Part shown: one piece after another, positions 60,325-64,000 of the stretch
Numbering within the stretch: the first letter of the stretch is position 1
Layout of the letters: the number at the start of each line of letters is the position of its first letter
Assembly: GCA_035324325.1 (NCBI GenBank)
Contig: DAOLBY010000001.1
Span: forward strand, 4,453-68,452
DNA length: 64,000 bases
Direction of reading: 5' to 3'
Source of the DNA: Paracoccaceae bacterium
GTDB taxonomy: Bacteria > Pseudomonadota > Alphaproteobacteria > Rhodobacterales > Rhodobacteraceae
Notes under the pieces: model-generated
What the model was told of the DNA's origin: nothing
Databases searched by the model: none
What the model saw: the letters and a program-made list of their open reading frames with translations, nothing else
Made by a program: the position numbers and the translations under genes

Positions 60325-61317
60325 TCAGCCGGGCGGCACGCCGGTCCGGGGCAGGCGGCGCACCACGTCCCAGACCACCTCCTGCATCAGCTGCGCCGCC
60401 TCGGGCGAGGGCGCGCCGGCCGTGCCGTCGCCGCCCCGGCCCGCCAGCGCCAGCCGCGCCGGCAGGCCGCGGGGGTCGCGCTGGTAGAGCACCGCGTAAT
60501 GGGTGAGCGCGACCAGATAGGCGCCGGCCTCGCTCATGTGGATGGTGTCCTGGGTGCCCTCGGCGGTGCGGGCGAAGAGATCCTCGCGCCGCGCCAGCCC
60601 CGGCACCGCCCCGCCGCCCTCGATCCGGCGCACCAGCGCCGCCATCACCTGCCCCGCCGGGATCAGGTGGATCGGCCGCCGCGCCGGGTCGCGCGCCAGC
60701 GCCCCGAAGAGCAGCTCCCCCTCCCACAGCGCCGGCAGGTCGGCGTCGAGCCGTTCGAGCCAGCCCGCCGGATCGTCGAGCGGATGCCAGGTCTCGTAGA
60801 GATAGATGCGGATGTCGGGACGCGCCGCGCGCGCCCGCGCCGCCCAGCGTGCGAGATACGCGGGGCTGTCGTGCCAGCGCAGCGCGGCCCTGAGCTCGAC
60901 CATCTCGGTCAGCACCAGCGCGTCGTGGCCGCCGGCGTCGATCGCCGGGCCGGCATGGGCGAAGCGCGGCGCGAGGCCCGCCGTCTCGAACCCCGGCAGC
61001 GGCGGGTCGGGGTGCTGCCAGTGGGCGCGCAGCGTGGTGCCCCAGCCGATCTGGGCGGCATGGGAATGGCCGGGCGGGGCGAGCGCCTCGAGCATCGCCG
61101 GCATGTCGGGGCCGACCAGGCTGTGGCCGAGGTGAAAGACCGCGAGCGGACCCGCCGGCGGCGGCAGGGGCGCGGCATAGAGCGCGCCCGCCGCGGCGCG
61201 GTCGAGCGGGCGCGGCGGCAGGCGCCACCACCACAGGGCCGCGGCGGCGGCGGCCAGCGCGCCGAGGCCGAGCGCGAGCCGGCGCAGCAGGCGCGAGCGG
61301 TCCGTGACGCGGTTCAT
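60325..61317 (-). CDS. Hypothetical membrane-anchored protein (weak SGNH-hydrolase-like motifs)
   Basis: 330-aa ORF. Its ATGA overlaps the PPTase stop. N-terminal TM helix LALGLGALAAAAAALWWW. FHLGHSLVG and DTIHMSEAG loosely resemble SGNH blocks I and V. Speculative. Confidence 0.55.
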   Translation of the reverse strand: MNRVTDRSRLLRRLALGLGALAAAAAALWWWRLPPRPLDRAAAGALYAAPLPPPAGPLAVFHLGHSLVGPDMPAMLEALAPPGHSHAAQIGWGTTLRAHWQHPDPPLPGFETAGLAPRFAHAGPAIDAGGHDALVLTEMVELRAALRWHDSPAYLARWAARARAARPDIRIYLYETWHPLDDPAGWLERLDADLPALWEGELLFGALARDPARRPIHLIPAGQVMAALVRRIEGGGAVPGLARREDLFARTAEGTQDTIHMSEAGAYLVALTHYAVLYQRDPRGLPARLALAGRGGDGTAGAPSPEAAQLMQEVVWDVVRRLPRTGVPPG

Positions 61318-61967
61318 CGGCAGTCCTCCCCCTGTCCCCCCTGCCCTGCCCCGCCGGGCAGCAGCACCGCCGCCAGCATCAGCCCGCCGCCCCGGGTGAA
61401 GGCGACGCGGATCGCGGTTCCGGCGGCGACGGGGCCGAAATCCTGCCGCAGCCGCAGCCGCGCCGTGCCCTCGGCGGGGGGCGGCTCCAGCAGTTCGGCG
61501 GCCTCGAACCCGGCCCAGAGGCCGCAGCGCGGGAACAGCGCCTTGAAGGCGGCCTCCTTGGCGCAGAAGGCGCGGCGCGCGGCGCGGCCGGGGTCGGCGG
61601 CGCGACCGAGGCGGGCGCGCTCGGCCGCGTCCAGCACCAGCGGCACGAGATCGGCCTCCAGCGCGGCGTCGGGTTCGGCATCGAGGCCGATCCCGGCGAA
61701 TGATGCCCCCGCCCCCGCCCCGGCCCCCGCCCCGGTCCGGACCGCCGCCGCCAGCGCCAGGCCCCCGGCATGGGTGATGCTGCCGGCGATGCCGGCGGGA
61801 AAGAGCCCCGCCTCTGCCCCCCGCTCCACCGGCCGCGCCGCCAGCGCGACCGCGGCGGGCAGCATCGCGCGCAGCGCCGCCAGGGCGGCGGCGGCGCGCG
61901 CCTCCTGCGGCGGCCCCGCGGGGGGCCGGGCGTGACGGGGGGCGGGGCGCGCCGTCGTCGCCGCCAT
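61314..61967 (-). CDS. 4'-phosphopantetheinyl transferase (Sfp/EntD type)
   Basis: ATG 61967..61965, 4 nt after the NRPS stop. Motifs GSITHAGGLALAA, GIGLDAEP, FCAKEAAFKA. Confidence 0.8.
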   Translation of the reverse strand: MAATTARPAPRHARPPAGPPQEARAAAALAALRAMLPAAVALAARPVERGAEAGLFPAGIAGSITHAGGLALAAAVRTGAGAGAGAGASFAGIGLDAEPDAALEADLVPLVLDAAERARLGRAADPGRAARRAFCAKEAAFKALFPRCGLWAGFEAAELLEPPPAEGTARLRLRQDFGPVAAGTAIRVAFTRGGGLMLAAVLLPGGAGQGGQGEDCR

Positions 61968-61971
61968 CGCC

Positions 61972-64000
61972 TCAGGTCCCGCGCCCGGCGCGCAGCGCCC
62001 GGCGTTTCGACATCGCCTCGGCCCGCGCCGCCGCCTGCGCCGCGCCGGCATCGGCGCCCGTCCCGGCGCCCGTCCCGGCGGCAGGCCCGGCGGCAGGCCC
62101 GGCGGGCGGTCCCGCCGCCGCCGCGCCCGGCCCCTCGCCCAGATGCGCGGCCAGCGCGGCGAGCGTCGGGTGGCGGAAGATGTCGGTGATCGACAGCCGG
62201 TCGGTGCCGAGCTCGGCGCGCAGTTCGCGATGCGCCTGCACCGCCAGCAGCGAATGCCCGCCGAGGGCGAAGAAGTTGTCGCGCAGCCCCACCCGCGGCA
62301 CCCCGAGCACCCGCGCCCAGACCCGGGCGATCACCGCCTGCACGCCCTCGGCCGGGGCGGCATAGGCGGTCTCGGGCGCCGCCGCGGCGGCGGCGGCCGG
62401 GGCGGGCAGCGCCTTGCGGTCGATCTTGCGGTTGGGGGTCAGCGGGAAGGCCGGCATCACCACGACATGGGCGGGCACCATGTGGGCGGGCAGCCGCGCC
62501 GCCAGCGCCTCGCGCAGCGCCGCCGGCACCAGCCAGCTGTCGCCGGTGACATAGAGCACCAGCCGCGGGTCGCCGGGGCTGTCCTCGCGCAGCAGCGCCA
62601 CCGCCTGGCGGACGCCGGCGAAGCCCTCGGCCGCGGCCTCGATCTCGCCCGGCTCGATGCGGTAGCCGCGCAGCTTGACCTGGGCATCGGCGCGGCCGGC
62701 GAAGTCCAGCAGCCCGTCGGCGCGCCAGCGCGCCCGGTCGCCGGTGCGGTAGATCCGGCCCGTCCCGCCGGCGTCGAAGGGGTCGGGGCGGTAGCGTTCG
62801 GCGGTCAGGTCGGGGCGCTGCCAGTAGCCGCGCGTCACCCCCGCCCCGCCGATCCACAGCTCGCCCTCCGCCCCCACCGGCAGCGGCTGCAGGGCGGCAT
62901 CGAGCACATGCACCCGGGTGTTGGCGATCGGCCGGCCGATCGGGCAGACCGGCGCCCCGGGCTCGGCCGGCGCGGTGGTGGACCAGACCGTGGTCTCGGT
63001 CGGGCCGTACATGTTCTCGACCTGCGCCGCCGGGGCGGCGCGCGCCAGTTCGGCGGCCAGCGCGCCGGGCAGCGGCTCGCCGCCGATCATCAGCTGGCGC
63101 AGCCGCCCCAGGGCGCGGCGCGCCTCGTCGTTCATCAGGATCATCCGCGCCATCGAGGGGGTGCATTGCAGATGCGTCACCCCGTGGCGCAGGATCTGCG
63201 CGGCGATCGAATGGTCGCCCTCGGCCGCCCCTTCCCCGGCATTGGCCCGCGCCAGCACCTCGGCCAGCGGGCGCAGCCCCTCGAGCACCTGCGCCCGCGG
63301 GATGCCGTAGTCGATCAGGCAGGCGATCTCGTCCACGCCGATCCGCTTGAGGTCCTCGACCCGGGCCAGCGCGTCCTCGACCGTGCCGAACAGGCCCGAC
63401 TCCTCGAAATAGCGCGCGAAGGCGAAATCGAGGATCGCCTCGGTCTCCTCGGTGCTCAGCGACCGCAGGTCGATGTCGATGGGCCTGCTCACCCCCTGCG
63501 GCCGCTTGAAGGCGGGGAAGGCCCAGGCATATTGCTGGATCAGCGCCGCGGCGGCGCGCAGGTAGTCCTTCATCGGCCCGCGCGCCACCTGCCGCGCGGT
63601 CTCGCGGTCGGCGGCGAGATAGCTGTGCAGCATCAGCGTCACCTTGTGCCGCGCCGGGTCGTGGCCGGCCTCGCGCAGCGCCGCGTGATAGAGCGCGATC
63701 TTCTCGCCGACCTCGGCGATCGACTGGCCCAGCAGATGGGTCAGCACATTGGCGCCGATGCGCCCGGCCTCCTTCCAGGTCTCGGGATTGCCGGCGGTGG
63801 TGACCCAGACCGGCAGTTCGGCCGAGACCGGCCGCGGCAGGGTGGTGACCGGCTGCATCTTCCCGCCGGCGGCGGGGAAGGCCACCGCCTCGCCGCGCCA
63901 CAGCCGCCGCACCTGGTCGATCGCCGCCAGCAGCGCGTCGCGGTTGGCCGGCGGCGCGTTCTCGGGGCGCAGCACGAAATCGTCGGGATGCCAGCCCGAG
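61972..64000 (-). CDS. NRPS, C-terminal part: luciferase-like monooxygenase domain, adenylation core A5-A10, PCP; continues beyond window end
   Basis: ORF 61972..63975(-) stays open to the window edge. The LLM-like region is PVWVTTAGNPETWKEAGRIGANVLTHLLGQS...YFEESGLFGTVEDALARV. A-domain motifs are NMYGPTETT, GELWIGGAGVTRGYW, YRTGDRARW, GRADAQVKLRGYRIEPGEIE, LPAHMVP and NRKIDRKAL. PCP motif is FFALGGHSLLAV. Confidence 0.9.
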   Translation of the reverse strand, partial: SGWHPDDFVLRPENAPPANRDALLAAIDQVRRLWRGEAVAFPAAGGKMQPVTTLPRPVSAELPVWVTTAGNPETWKEAGRIGANVLTHLLGQSIAEVGEKIALYHAALREAGHDPARHKVTLMLHSYLAADRETARQVARGPMKDYLRAAAALIQQYAWAFPAFKRPQGVSRPIDIDLRSLSTEETEAILDFAFARYFEESGLFGTVEDALARVEDLKRIGVDEIACLIDYGIPRAQVLEGLRPLAEVLARANAGEGAAEGDHSIAAQILRHGVTHLQCTPSMARMILMNDEARRALGRLRQLMIGGEPLPGALAAELARAAPAAQVENMYGPTETTVWSTTAPAEPGAPVCPIGRPIANTRVHVLDAALQPLPVGAEGELWIGGAGVTRGYWQRPDLTAERYRPDPFDAGGTGRIYRTGDRARWRADGLLDFAGRADAQVKLRGYRIEPGEIEAAAEGFAGVRQAVALLREDSPGDPRLVLYVTGDSWLVPAALREALAARLPAHMVPAHVVVMPAFPLTPNRKIDRKALPAPAAAAAAAPETAYAAPAEGVQAVIARVWARVLGVPRVGLRDNFFALGGHSLLAVQAHRELRAELGTDRLSITDIFRHPTLAALAAHLGEGPGAAAAGPPAGPAAGPAAGTGAGTGADAGAAQAAARAEAMSKRRALRAGRGT

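Overview
Very GC-rich (roughly 70%) bacterial DNA. It appears to come from a plasmid or chromid of an alphaproteobacterium, probably Rhodobacterales-like; that assignment is inferred from the RepA (replication initiator A family) plus ParAB module and the VPLPA-CTERM/exosortase genes. I found no rRNA, tRNA or CRISPR. Most very long ORFs in the supplied track are antisense or off-frame shadows typical of high-GC DNA. I selected real genes by recognisable family motifs, third-position GC (GC3), Shine-Dalgarno sites and 4-nt start/stop overlaps. Some M starts in the track are GTG codons (checked at 54859, 45352, 56905 and 57988).

Content in order:
1. The 5' part of a type I PKS gene (KS-AT-KR), minus strand, running off the window start.
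2. An exopolysaccharide glycosyltransferase block (GT26, GT2 x3, GT4, acetyltransferase, oxidoreductase-epimerase fusion, Wzy-like polymerase, 2OG-Fe(II) oxygenase).
3. A recombination scar (HicA fragment, IS3 fragment, relic gene end), followed by a Gtr/Arn-like module: GT2, a small EamA-like protein, a GT-C-like membrane protein, and a low-GC methyltransferase.
4. A 1429-aa PA14x3-G8-beta-helix-cadherin-like protein with no signal peptide, followed by an ABC exporter.
5. An exosortase (XrtD-like, EpsI-fused) next to three VPLPA-CTERM cargo genes, two of them a tandem duplication.
6. The replication/partition module: repA, an oriV with a DnaA box and iterons, parA, parB, and a repeated 16-bp palindrome.
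7. A complete type I secretion system (ABC, HlyD-family adaptor, NodT/TolC-like outer membrane factor).
8. A PEP-CTERM-type EPS export and control block (rhomboid, beta-barrel, Wza-like, PrsT-like TPR lipoprotein, ExeA-like ATPase, Wzz/GumC-like, BY-kinase).
9. A second sugar-modification block (acetyltransferase, DegT aminotransferase, GT61-like, GT4, GNAT).
10. The 3' end of an NRPS (luciferase-like monooxygenase domain, A-domain core, PCP) with a PPTase.

The most interesting theme is a replicon that carries a complete cell-surface/matrix toolkit. It has EPS synthesis, exosortase-sorted proteins, a T1SS with a giant candidate cargo, and a periplasmic glycosylation cassette. There are several signs of recent rearrangement: a tandem duplication, a cassette-replacement scar, a homopolymer frameshift and an in-frame stop.
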